Origin: Cyanobacteriota bacterium
Lineage (GTDB): Bacteria > Cyanobacteriota > Cyanobacteriia > Thermostichales > Thermostichaceae
DNA: 64,000 nt
Direction: 5' to 3'
Assembly: GCA_033764955.1 (NCBI GenBank)
Contig: JANRIL010000024.1
Span: forward strand, 1-64,000
Shown: in pieces, positions 31,996 through 41,579 of the stretch
Position numbering within the stretch: position 1 is the first letter of the stretch
How the letters are laid out: every line of letters starts with the position of its first letter
The notes under the pieces: generated by a model
Databases searched by the model: none
What the model was told of the DNA's origin: nothing
The model's input: the letters and a program-made list of their open reading frames with translations, nothing else
Position numbers and translations under genes: made by a program

Positions 31996-33501
31996 TTATT
32001 GATCTCCCTCATGGGCAGTGCTGACGAAATCAGGATAGGCAATATTGCCATGTTCGCCAATATCGAGTCCGGCGATTTCTTCTTCCACCGAAACTCTTAG
32101 CCCAATCGTAGACTTGATGATCTGAAAAAGAACGAAACATGTGACAAACGACCAGAGGGCAATCGCCCCCGCCCCCAAGATCTGTACCCCCAGATTGCCC
32201 CAACCCACACCAGACTCGCTATGGGCAAAGATAGGAATGCCCGCCGCTATCACTCCCCAGGCTCCACAAACCCCATGCACCGAGATCGCCCCCACGGGAT
32301 CATCAATCTTGAGGTTGGCTTCGATAAACAGCACTGCGAATACAACCAAAATTCCCGCAATCGAGCCAATCAAAATAGCACCCAAAGGATGCACCGTGTA
32401 GCAACCAGCCGTAATCCCCACCAGTCCTGCCAGGGCACCGTTGCCCACAAATGTCATATCCGGTTTGGTAAAAACAGCCCAGGAGGTGAACAGTGCCCCA
32501 ATCGCCCCCGCCGCCCCCGCTAGGTAGGTATTAAAGGCAATCCAGCCAATGTCAGGAATAGCTGCCGTTGTGGATCCCGCATTAAAGCCAATCCAACCAA
32601 ACCACAAGATAAAAACCCCCAGCATTCCCAATGGCAGGCTATGTCCAGGAATCGCCCTAGGCTGACCATCTGAGCTATATTTACCCGTGCGCGGTCCCAG
32701 CGACAAAGCCCCCGCCAAGGCGGCGGCTCCTCCACAGAGATGCACTACCCCGGATCCGGCATAGTCGATATAGCCTAAATTGCCTAACCAACCGGAGGTG
32801 CCACCGTTATAAGCCCCAAACAGGCTATTCCAAGCCCAGCCGCCAGAGATGGGGTAAACGATCAAAGAGATAAAAACAGAGTAGATCAGATAAGCAATAA
32901 ACTTGGTGCGCTCAGCCATTGCCCCCGAAACGATGGTGGCTGCCGTCGCTGCAAACACCAGTTGAAAACAGAAAAAAGTGAATGGCCAGCCTGGATTGGC
33001 ATCAGGGCTATCCACCACCGTAGAAGTATTGGCACTCGCCCAATTAAAAACAAACCAGTTGATTCCTAAAACCCCAGTCGGGTTAGACCCAAACATCAAA
33101 CCAAACCCCATAAACCAAAAGGCACAGGCTCCAAAACAAAAGTCCATCAAGTTTTTCAGAACAATGTTGGCCGCATTTTTGGCGCGGGTAAAGCCACACT
33201 CCACCATGGCAAAGCCCGCCTGCATGAAAAAGACGAGGGTTCCCCCCACCGTTGTCCAAACAATGTCAGCGTGGTATTGGCTAGTCGCTAAGCTCTTTTT
33301 TAATTCTGCCAAAGCCGCTGGAGAGAGGGTTTTCGCCAGCTCAGGTAGGGTTTCTTCGTCTTGGGCAAAACCAGGCCAATGGCTCAAAATCAACCAAAAC
33401 CCTAGCATCATCAAACTGATTTTTAACCAACGGGGCAGTTTCCTGATGGGATCCAGCCACAGTTGGCGGAATGGTGCTGTCTGAGTGAGGAAGCGATCCA
33501 T
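31996..33501 (-). CDS. amt: Ammonium transporter
   Basis: FFMQAGF, SGAMAER, DYAGSGVVH, WFGWIGFN, DDPVGAISVHG. Confidence 0.96.
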   Translation of the reverse strand: MDRFLTQTAPFRQLWLDPIRKLPRWLKISLMMLGFWLILSHWPGFAQDEETLPELAKTLSPAALAELKKSLATSQYHADIVWTTVGGTLVFFMQAGFAMVECGFTRAKNAANIVLKNLMDFCFGACAFWFMGFGLMFGSNPTGVLGINWFVFNWASANTSTVVDSPDANPGWPFTFFCFQLVFAATAATIVSGAMAERTKFIAYLIYSVFISLIVYPISGGWAWNSLFGAYNGGTSGWLGNLGYIDYAGSGVVHLCGGAAALAGALSLGPRTGKYSSDGQPRAIPGHSLPLGMLGVFILWFGWIGFNAGSTTAAIPDIGWIAFNTYLAGAAGAIGALFTSWAVFTKPDMTFVGNGALAGLVGITAGCYTVHPLGAILIGSIAGILVVFAVLFIEANLKIDDPVGAISVHGVCGAWGVIAAGIPIFAHSESGVGWGNLGVQILGAGAIALWSFVTCFVLFQIIKSTIGLRVSVEEEIAGLDIGEHGNIAYPDFVSTAHEGDQ

Positions 33502-33584
33502 GCTGCTTGTAACCTACTAAAAACAATAAGATTTCTGAAAACTTTCGGGATCCTTATGAATGGCTATTTATGGCTAATTGTGTA

Positions 33585-33627
33585 AAGCTACACGATTTAT
33601 CCTGAGGTCATAGGTAACATACTATAC
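33585..33627 (-). promoter_or_regulatory. NtcA-activated promoter of the leftward amt
   Basis: GTAacatactaTAC at 33614-33627; TAGCTT (TAN3T) 23 nt downstream on the minus strand. Confidence 0.75.
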
Positions 33628-33817
33628 AAATACAGAGAGGAATGCTTTTGAAGTGATGTTGCTTATGGCTGCTTAGTTAAAGAAACAAAGCCTGGGAGCG
33701 GAAGGCTGCCAACACTTTGACGGTATCAGGACTGACTCAGCCTCGCTAGATACAAAGGGATCCCCTAGATTCTGGAGCCTAGGGTCAATCCTCATTTGCC
33801 TAGGTTCTGATAATTTT

Positions 33818-33859
33818 GTGTCGCATGTTACATTTCTCTGGCACATCAGCCCTTAAAGT
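33818..33859 (+). promoter_or_regulatory. NtcA-activated promoter of the rightward amt
   Basis: GTGtcgcatgtTAC (33818-33831), 22-nt spacer, TAAAGT -10 box. Confidence 0.7.
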
Positions 33860-33902
33860 TAGCCGAGATTGTTGATATCGATTTACCTGGGACTTGATAA
33901 AT

Positions 33903-35381
33903 ATGCGGTGGAAACGCTTAGCAACAAAGCTAAATGATCTCAAGCGAGAAAACCGATCCAACCGATTGGTGAGGTTCTTGGTTGATAAATGGGGCTACTG
34001 CCTCCCCTTTGCCATCTTGATTGGATTGGATTGGATGTGGGCTGTCCATGCACAGGACGAAACCGTAACCATTGATTACTCAACTATTGAAGGCTTAAAG
34101 GTTGGTCTTGACACCATGTGGGTCATGATTGCAGCCTTTCTTGTGTTCTTTATGAATGCCGGATTTGCCCTGGTTGAATCTGGCTTCTGCCGTGTCAAAA
34201 ATGCTGTCAACATTTTGTCAAAAAACTTAATTGTATTTGCCATCTCTACCCTAGCTTTTTGGGCGATTGGCTTTGCCTTCATGTTTGGAGATGGCAACCC
34301 GATTATTGGGCTAAGTGGATTTTTCTTGGCGGGTGCCGATAACAGTCCGGCCACTGGCGACGCCTATCAAGGGGTATTTTCTGCTCTCAACTGGACGGGG
34401 GTCCCTTTAGCGGCCAAGTTTTTCTTTCAGTTGGTGTTTGCAGGAACTGCCGCCACTATTGTTTCTGGAGCCGTGGCTGAACGGGTTAAGTTCATTGATT
34501 TCCTGATTTTTAGCTTCATTATTGTCGGTTTGATCTACTCCATTGGGGGACATTGGATTTGGGGTGGTGGTTGGCTATATGGCCTGGGCTTCTGGGACTT
34601 TGCCGGATCAACCGTGGTTCACTCCATCGGTGGTTGGTGTGCTTTGACGGGAGCGGCATTTCTGGGGCCGAGGCTCGGTCGCTACGTTAACGGCCAGACC
34701 ATCGCTATTCCCGGTCACAACTTGGGCTTAGCCACCCTAGGCTGCTTGATCTTGTGGTTGGGTTGGTTTGGGTTCAACCCAGGATCCACAATGGCCTTAG
34801 ATGCCAAATTGATTGGTCATATTGCGTTGACCACTAATTTGGGTGGTTCGGCGGGTGGAATCATGGCAACGATTGTGGCCTGGGTAAGGTTTGGCAAGCC
34901 AGATTTAAGTATGGTGATCAATGGCATCTTGGCCGGTTTGGTGGCTGTCACCGCTGGCTGTGCCTTTATCAGTGCTGGAAGCTCTGTGATCATTGGGGGG
35001 ATTGGTGGCGTGCTGGTCGTCTTTGCGGTGGGTTTCTTCGATAGCCTCAAAATTGATGACCCTGTGGGTGCACTCTCGGTTCACTTGGTCAACGGAGTTT
35101 GGGGCACTCTCGCCCTTGGTTTATTTGCGGATCCCAGTTGGCTGGGAGCGGGGATGGATCCTGGCTTGCTGTTTGGGGGCGGGGTCAAACTCTTAATTGC
35201 TCAACTGATCGGTATCATTGCGATTGGCGTCTTCTGTGTGATCACTAGCTCTATCGCTTGGATCGTGTTGAAATCCATTTTTGGCTTGCGGGTTTCTCCC
35301 GAGGAAGAAAACGAAGGTCTGGATATTGGGGAACATGGCATGATTGCCTACAGTGGTTTTGTTACTGTCAAGGAGCCATAA
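33903..35381 (+). CDS. amt: Ammonium transporter (cyanobacterial Amt1 type)
   Basis: [38 protein letters not shown]; start codon uncertain. Confidence 0.96.
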   Translation: MRWKRLATKLNDLKRENRSNRLVRFLVDKWGYCLPFAILIGLDWMWAVHAQDETVTIDYSTIEGLKVGLDTMWVMIAAFLVFFMNAGFALVESGFCRVKNAVNILSKNLIVFAISTLAFWAIGFAFMFGDGNPIIGLSGFFLAGADNSPATGDAYQGVFSALNWTGVPLAAKFFFQLVFAGTAATIVSGAVAERVKFIDFLIFSFIIVGLIYSIGGHWIWGGGWLYGLGFWDFAGSTVVHSIGGWCALTGAAFLGPRLGRYVNGQTIAIPGHNLGLATLGCLILWLGWFGFNPGSTMALDAKLIGHIALTTNLGGSAGGIMATIVAWVRFGKPDLSMVINGILAGLVAVTAGCAFISAGSSVIIGGIGGVLVVFAVGFFDSLKIDDPVGALSVHLVNGVWGTLALGLFADPSWLGAGMDPGLLFGGGVKLLIAQLIGIIAIGVFCVITSSIAWIVLKSIFGLRVSPEEENEGLDIGEHGMIAYSGFVTVKEP

Positions 35382-35406
35382 ATTTCCCTTTCTCGTTAAA
35401 CACTTC

Positions 35407-35487
35407 TAAAAAAAGATGCTTTGTCCGATAATAGGGTCTTAATCATTTGGATTACGATCTTATCCATCCTACAGAGCATTTTTTTTA
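35407..35487. terminator. Long imperfect hairpin after amt, possible terminator
   Basis: aaaaaaagatgctttgt...acagagcatttttttt arms with an inner gtcttaatc/gattacgat pairing. Confidence 0.5.
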
Positions 35488-35790
35488 GGCTATGCCTAAG
35501 TTCATGTCCCTTGTTTTTTGATCAGGGCTAACTATCGCTTGATTTAATCATCCGCTTATCATCTGTCTGCCCGTTCCTACCTGATCAGCCGCTTTATCCT
35601 GCACGATTGCTCATCTGGCTGACTACATCGAGCCTATCCGTCATGGCTGAATCATCTGCTCCTCAAAGGTTTACCTATCCGAACCTTATTGACAGATACA
35701 ACTTATCCCTAGATTGCTAAACACAGCCCTCACCCGTCTCCCAGAATAGGGAGGGGAGTTAGCCTTTGCTTGATAATTCAGAGAAGAACC

Positions 35791-35931
35791 GGGCGTTGCT
35801 AAATGCAACTATGAATCGCCCTTATCCCAAACCCTTCTCTCCAGGGAGAAAGGCTTAAAATTCTTGTTCCCTCCCTCTTTGGGGAAGGCTAAGGGTAGTT
35901 TGGCAATTCATGGACAGATTCAGCAACGCCC
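35791..35931. mobile_element. MITE-like element enclosing REP-like palindromes
   Basis: Terminal inverted repeats GGGCGTTGCTAAAT / ATTCAGCAACGCCC (13 of 14) plus inner ATGAAT/ATTCAT; non-coding. Confidence 0.65.
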
Positions 35932-36293
35932 CTATTCCGAGTTAGGGTTTCCACCGATAGGGCAGTGTTGGTCACCACCACCGACGAAACCCAAAACGCG
36001 GGGAAAGAACACCTAACGGGATGGTAGCCATCGCTGGGAAATTGAACAGTCCCACTAAAAATGAAAGGCACTGACAGGAATAGAAAGGCGTCAGTGCCAG
36101 TAGGTCTTAGGTATTTTTTGGAGAAAACTTTCTCTATCTTGGATAAAATTCCTCAAATGCTATCTCAAGAAAAGGATGGAATGATTTCGTTTCTCTAGGT
36201 CGTGTTGATCTTTAGCAAAGCAAAGGGAGATTTAGGGGGATCCGAGCCTGGGACAGACTGTATTGTCTGATCGAAGGCAAAGATCAACAAAGC

Positions 36294-37766
36294 CTAGTAA
36301 TTGTGCTCGGAATCGGTCGCCACACTCACAAAGTCAGGATAAGAAACATTGCCATGTTCCCCAATATCTAGACCTGCGACTTCTTCTTCCACCGTCACCC
36401 GCAAACCAATTGTAACTTTGAGGATCACAAACAAGATTAGGCAACTAAAAAATGACCACGCAGCAATAGAAGCCGCTGCCAAGATCTGTACCCCAAAAGT
36501 TCCCCAGGTAATGCCAGCGTTGGCATGAGCAAAGAAAGGGATCCCTGCTGCCAAAACTCCCCAGACTCCTCCTACTCCATGTACAGAGGAAGCCCCAACT
36601 GGATCATCAATCTTGAGAACGTTCTCAATGAATAGAACCGCAAAGACAACCAATACTCCCCCTATTCCACCAATAATGATGGCTCCCAGAGGATGAACTG
36701 TCCAACAACCCGCCGTAATACCAACCAATCCCGCTAGAGCACCATTGCCAGTAAAGCTGGTATCCGGCTTACTGAAAATGATCCAGGTTGTTACCATCGC
36801 CCCAATCGCTCCGGCGGCTCCAGCTAGGTAGGTATTGAAGGCAATCCAACCCATATCTTGGATAGCGGCAGTGGTGGAACCCGCATTAAAGCCAATCCAG
36901 CCAAAATAGAGAATGAATACCCCTAATATCCCTAAAGGTAAGTTATGTCCGGGAATAGCCCGTGCTTCTCCATTGGAGCCAAACTTACCTGTGCGTGGGC
37001 CTAACACCAGAGCCCCTGCTAGAGCAGCGGCTCCCCCACAAACGTGAACCACCCCTGAGCCAGCATAATCAACGTAGCCTAGGCTACCCAACCAACCGGA
37101 TGTGCCCCCGTTATAAGCCCCAAAGAGGCTGTTCCAAGCCCAGCCACCGGAGATCGGATAAACAATTAAAGAAATAAAGACTGAATAAATCAGATAAGAA
37201 ATAAACTTGGTGCGCTCGGCCATCGCTCCCGATACAATCGTGGCGGATGTGGCCGCGAATACTACCTGAAAACAGAAGAAGGTAAAAGGCCAAGCATCGC
37301 CAATCACTATCCCGTCTGCTCCCACTGTGGATCCGGTACCCGTTAGCCAACTAAACGCAAACCAGCTAGTGCCAAAAAAGCCATTGCTCGATCCAAACAT
37401 CAAACCAAAACCAATAAACCAGTAGGCAATAGATCCAAAGCAAAAATCCATCAGGTTTTTGAGGACAATGTTGGCGGCATTCTTGGCACGAGTAAAGCCA
37501 GTTTCCACCATGGCAAACCCTGCCTGCATAAAGAAGACGAGGGCACTGCCTACCATCGTCCACACCAAGTTGCTCCCCGCCTTCACACTAGCAAGCTCGG
37601 CAGCCAGAGACTCTAAGGTGGGAGGTTCATCCTGAGCCCAAGCAGCATGATCTCCCAAAACAATCCAAAAAAGGCTTAGAACAACAAAACCCAGCAGCCA
37701 CCTAGGGATCCTTGCCATCAAGCGATGGTACAGGGTTGAACGATTTAGCATCATATTCATTGTCAA
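36294..37766 (-). CDS. amt: Ammonium transporter, close paralog of 31996-33501
   Basis: Same motifs; long identical stretches such as YPISGGWAWNSLFGAYNGGTSGWLG. Confidence 0.96.
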   Translation of the reverse strand: MTMNMMLNRSTLYHRLMARIPRWLLGFVVLSLFWIVLGDHAAWAQDEPPTLESLAAELASVKAGSNLVWTMVGSALVFFMQAGFAMVETGFTRAKNAANIVLKNLMDFCFGSIAYWFIGFGLMFGSSNGFFGTSWFAFSWLTGTGSTVGADGIVIGDAWPFTFFCFQVVFAATSATIVSGAMAERTKFISYLIYSVFISLIVYPISGGWAWNSLFGAYNGGTSGWLGSLGYVDYAGSGVVHVCGGAAALAGALVLGPRTGKFGSNGEARAIPGHNLPLGILGVFILYFGWIGFNAGSTTAAIQDMGWIAFNTYLAGAAGAIGAMVTTWIIFSKPDTSFTGNGALAGLVGITAGCWTVHPLGAIIIGGIGGVLVVFAVLFIENVLKIDDPVGASSVHGVGGVWGVLAAGIPFFAHANAGITWGTFGVQILAAASIAAWSFFSCLILFVILKVTIGLRVTVEEEVAGLDIGEHGNVSYPDFVSVATDSEHNY

Positions 37767-37816
37767 TTCGACCTGTAGGGTTACGTCACATCAGCGTTAG
37801 GGTTGGGAACAAAGCT

Positions 37817-38209
<393 letters not shown>

Positions 38210-38216
38210 TTATTTT

Positions 38217-38230
38217 GTAACGGTAGCTAC
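38217..38230 (-). promoter_or_regulatory. NtcA box upstream of glnB-amt
   Basis: GTAacggtagcTAC; -10 box imperfect (TACAAA at 22 nt). Confidence 0.65.
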
Positions 38231-38409
38231 GGTTTTTTGAATGGGATAATTCTTAGCATCATTTTTCTGGTTCCGTCAAGTCCACGGATAAGGTGGACTG
38301 GGATCCCCTAGGGTCTAGGGAGGGCATCCTGGTTTGCTCATCAGTTATTCATCAAAATTCGAGTTACCGCCATTAGGATTCAGGCTATGCAGACCCCAAC
38401 AATTGGCCC

Positions 38410-39438
38410 ATGAACATCGAATCGATTGCCCAGCAGATTCACCACCACTGGCAGGAACAGGGATCCCTGGAGACTCCTCGCCTGTTAGCACATGGGGAGT
38501 CGAATCTGATCTTTCGGTTGGGGGAGGATCGTTTAATGCGGGTCGCTGTCACCACCCCCAATCAACGATTCGCGGGCGATCCGCAGCGGGTGACGGCCTT
38601 TGAATCGGCTATTTTGCACTATCTGGCGGGCACTGGCATCAGCCATCAACTGTTGGGATCCCAGCTTAGCCCCACGCCTGAGTTGCCCTATACCTATCTG
38701 ATCACCAACTTTTTAGAGGGAGAATCCCTCAACTACCGTCGAGATCATCTCGCCAAAGCTGCCCAAACCCTGGCTTGTTTGCATCGTCTCCCCTCTGTCC
38801 ACACCTTGGTACCTCCCCTCCAGCCGATTGACGAACCCTTAACCCTGTTTTTGCGAGAATCCCAACGCTATGCTCAGCCCTACCTGAAGGATCCCAAAGC
38901 GGATCCCGATATCGTCGAGATGCTTCAGATTGTCTTGATGCAAGCACGGCGGCTACAAAAACAAGAGACCGACCTGCAACGGGATCCCTATGTCTGTCTG
39001 GTGCATGGCGACCATACCCATGACAACTGGCTAATTAACTCCCAACAAGCCCACCTAATCGATTGGGAATGGGCAGAATTGAGTACGCCAGCCGCAGATT
39101 TGGGGCATTTCCTCTCCCCTGTCACCATCCATCGCTATCACCATTACCAATTGCCTGTGGAAGATCGGGAGTTTTTTCTGAATCACTATTGGCAGGCTCT
39201 CGACCATGAACCCTTGCGGCAAACCCTTCAGAATCATTGGAGAGTGTTTGGGGCTTTTCCGGCGATTCGCTCCCTTTGCTGGACGGCTGGACAATGGACA
39301 AAAGGGGATCCCTGGTATAGCCAAGCGGGGGATGCCAGCTCGCAGGTACGTTTAGCCCGCCAGCAAGCCAGCCACCAGCATTTCTCTCGGTTATGGGAAG
39401 GGGTTATGCAGTGGATCGAGGAGGTATCTGGCCTGTAG
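38410..39438 (+). CDS. Aminoglycoside phosphotransferase/choline kinase family protein
   Basis: LVHGDHTHDNWL, LIDWEWA. Confidence 0.85.
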   Translation: MNIESIAQQIHHHWQEQGSLETPRLLAHGESNLIFRLGEDRLMRVAVTTPNQRFAGDPQRVTAFESAILHYLAGTGISHQLLGSQLSPTPELPYTYLITNFLEGESLNYRRDHLAKAAQTLACLHRLPSVHTLVPPLQPIDEPLTLFLRESQRYAQPYLKDPKADPDIVEMLQIVLMQARRLQKQETDLQRDPYVCLVHGDHTHDNWLINSQQAHLIDWEWAELSTPAADLGHFLSPVTIHRYHHYQLPVEDREFFLNHYWQALDHEPLRQTLQNHWRVFGAFPAIRSLCWTAGQWTKGDPWYSQAGDASSQVRLARQQASHQHFSRLWEGVMQWIEEVSGL

Positions 39439-39639
39439 AGTCAAAGAACCCATGACTCATCCCAAGGGGTCGGTTCCGCCTCCCAATCGGCTGATCGCCC
39501 ATGCCTGCCAAGGGCAACTTTTTGTAACAAACTTGTCATAATCTCATCGCCATCCTCTGCGTGAGCGGGCGATCACGGAGGTTAAAGATTTCTATTATCA
39601 TGGCGAAGAGACGGAAAACCCTTGGGTAGTCAAAGCGAT

Positions 39640-41472
39640 ATGAATGCAAGCGCCGGATTCAGTGCCGCCGACACAGAACGTTTTGAGATTCGGTTGGGTG
39701 AGGCGCTAAACAAGGCCGGAGTATTGACCGGATCCCAACTGGCTCAAGCCATGTACGAAAAGCGGGATTCTCCTTTTATGTTAGGGGAAATTTGTTTGGA
39801 GTATGGTTGGCTGACTGTTGACAAGCTTTATCCGTTTATTCCCTCTAACCTGCTGCGCCTAGGGGAAATTTTGGTGCTTTATGGAGTAGTCAAACTGGAT
39901 CAACTGAAGGCGGGCTTGATCAGGCAACAGCAGAAACCAGGTACCACAATCGGACAGGCACTTCTTCAACAGGGATTAATCACCAATGAACAACTGACCT
40001 GGGCGCTGGAAGAGCAACGCATCTTACGCAAACGGCCTTTTCCGAATGCGTGGCAAGCTCTAGAGGGTCGTCTACCTGGCACGCAACCGCAAGGTTCGAG
40101 GGCGGCTGAGGAGCTAAAAGCCCTGCACGATCAAGTCAGCCAGTATCAAGCGCAATTGGCGACCCTAGCGCAGCAACGGCAAGAATGGGAGCTATTTCGT
40201 CAGCAAACCCAACGGCAACAGACTGAACAACAGGCTCGTCACCACGAGCAACTCGCCACTCAGCAAGCCACCCTAGAAGCCAAGGAAGCCCAACTGCAAG
40301 CCACGGCTCAGGCGTTGGATGCTGCCCGTCAACAAATTAAAGAGATCACCCAGCAACTGCAACAATCCCAAGCTCAGGCCACTAGCCACGAACAGCATCA
40401 GCAACAATTGGCTCAGGCTCAAGCCGTTACCCGTCAACAAATTGAACACTATCAGCAACAAATTCAGCAACAAGAGCAGGTGATGGCTAAACTGCAACCG
40501 GTGATTCAGCAGTTGCGGGGGCAGGTGGGGCAACTTAACCAAAAACTAGCGGAGGCGCAGGCTGGTGAGCAAGAATCCCAAACCAAGCTTCAGGAACAGC
40601 AATCTCAATTGATGCTGGCTCAATCAACCAAAGAACGGTTGATTCGAGATGTTGCCGAAGCGCGGCGGCAAATTGCCGAACTCACCCGCCGCTGCCAAAT
40701 TCAGCAACAGGAAGAAACTGATTATTTGCAGCAGATTGCCGGACTGAAGTCAGATCTATTGCAAGAGCGCTCCCAAAAAGCAGCTTTTGTTCAGGAGGTT
40801 CAACAATTGCGTGAACAACTCTCCGCTCAATCCCATCAACTGAAAACTGTGCAGCAGGAATTGATCCGCCTCCGCACCGCTTCCGTATCCAGTCGCACCA
40901 CCTCCGGTCCTGTTCCCCTACCTGCTCGCCAGTCGATGCCACCGACACCAATTGCTCCAGAGGTTAAATTAACTGCTGCCGTTAATCAGGAGGAGGAGTG
41001 GTCAGACGACTCAGAAATTACTCTGGTAGATTTGGCAGAAGAAGAGTCGGAGGCTCTGCAAGCGGCAACGCCCTGGGTGCAACGGGTTTTAACTGCTTTG
41101 CGATCGGCAGGGTTGATCAGCAATGCTGAGATCGAGCTAGTGCTATCGGAATGGCAACGGGATGGGGGAACTTTTACGGAAGTTTTGTCTGCCCACACAG
41201 GCTTGCAAACAGAAACCGTCAAGTTTTTTAGTGATGGGGGGTACTCGGTCAAACTGTCAGGCGCTAACCAGATGGGTGATTTTTTGCGAGCCTCTGGGTT
41301 AGTAGCTCCTCAGTTAATTGACCAAGCCCAAGCCAGTCTTCAGCCAGGACAGTCTCTCTGCCAACTTCTCGCTCATCAAGGGCTAATTCGCCAGGAAACC
41401 GCCGACTACTTTACCCGTAACTTTGGTCAGCGCCATAACCGTTTTCGTTCCCTACGGGATCCCTCTCACTAG
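39640..41472 (+). CDS. Coiled-coil protein with MshEN-like repeats
   Basis: RLGEAL..GVL, MLGEICL..GWL, RLGEILV..GVV, IGQALL..GLI; long Q-rich coiled coil; further similar motifs at the C-terminus. Confidence 0.7.
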   Translation: MNASAGFSAADTERFEIRLGEALNKAGVLTGSQLAQAMYEKRDSPFMLGEICLEYGWLTVDKLYPFIPSNLLRLGEILVLYGVVKLDQLKAGLIRQQQKPGTTIGQALLQQGLITNEQLTWALEEQRILRKRPFPNAWQALEGRLPGTQPQGSRAAEELKALHDQVSQYQAQLATLAQQRQEWELFRQQTQRQQTEQQARHHEQLATQQATLEAKEAQLQATAQALDAARQQIKEITQQLQQSQAQATSHEQHQQQLAQAQAVTRQQIEHYQQQIQQQEQVMAKLQPVIQQLRGQVGQLNQKLAEAQAGEQESQTKLQEQQSQLMLAQSTKERLIRDVAEARRQIAELTRRCQIQQQEETDYLQQIAGLKSDLLQERSQKAAFVQEVQQLREQLSAQSHQLKTVQQELIRLRTASVSSRTTSGPVPLPARQSMPPTPIAPEVKLTAAVNQEEEWSDDSEITLVDLAEEESEALQAATPWVQRVLTALRSAGLISNAEIELVLSEWQRDGGTFTEVLSAHTGLQTETVKFFSDGGYSVKLSGANQMGDFLRASGLVAPQLIDQAQASLQPGQSLCQLLAHQGLIRQETADYFTRNFGQRHNRFRSLRDPSH

Positions 41473-41579
41473 TCTATTCGCCAGCCTGTCAGTCAGTCAC
41501 CGACAACAAGTGGAGAGTAAGGATTGTCTTTGAAAAGGAGCAGATGAAATCCACAAGATCAAAAGCGAAACGAGGGAAC

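Noticed and set aside
33581..33592. TGTAAAGCTACA as an extra NtcA box
   Set aside because: Spacer is 4 nt rather than 8; it overlaps the predicted -10 box
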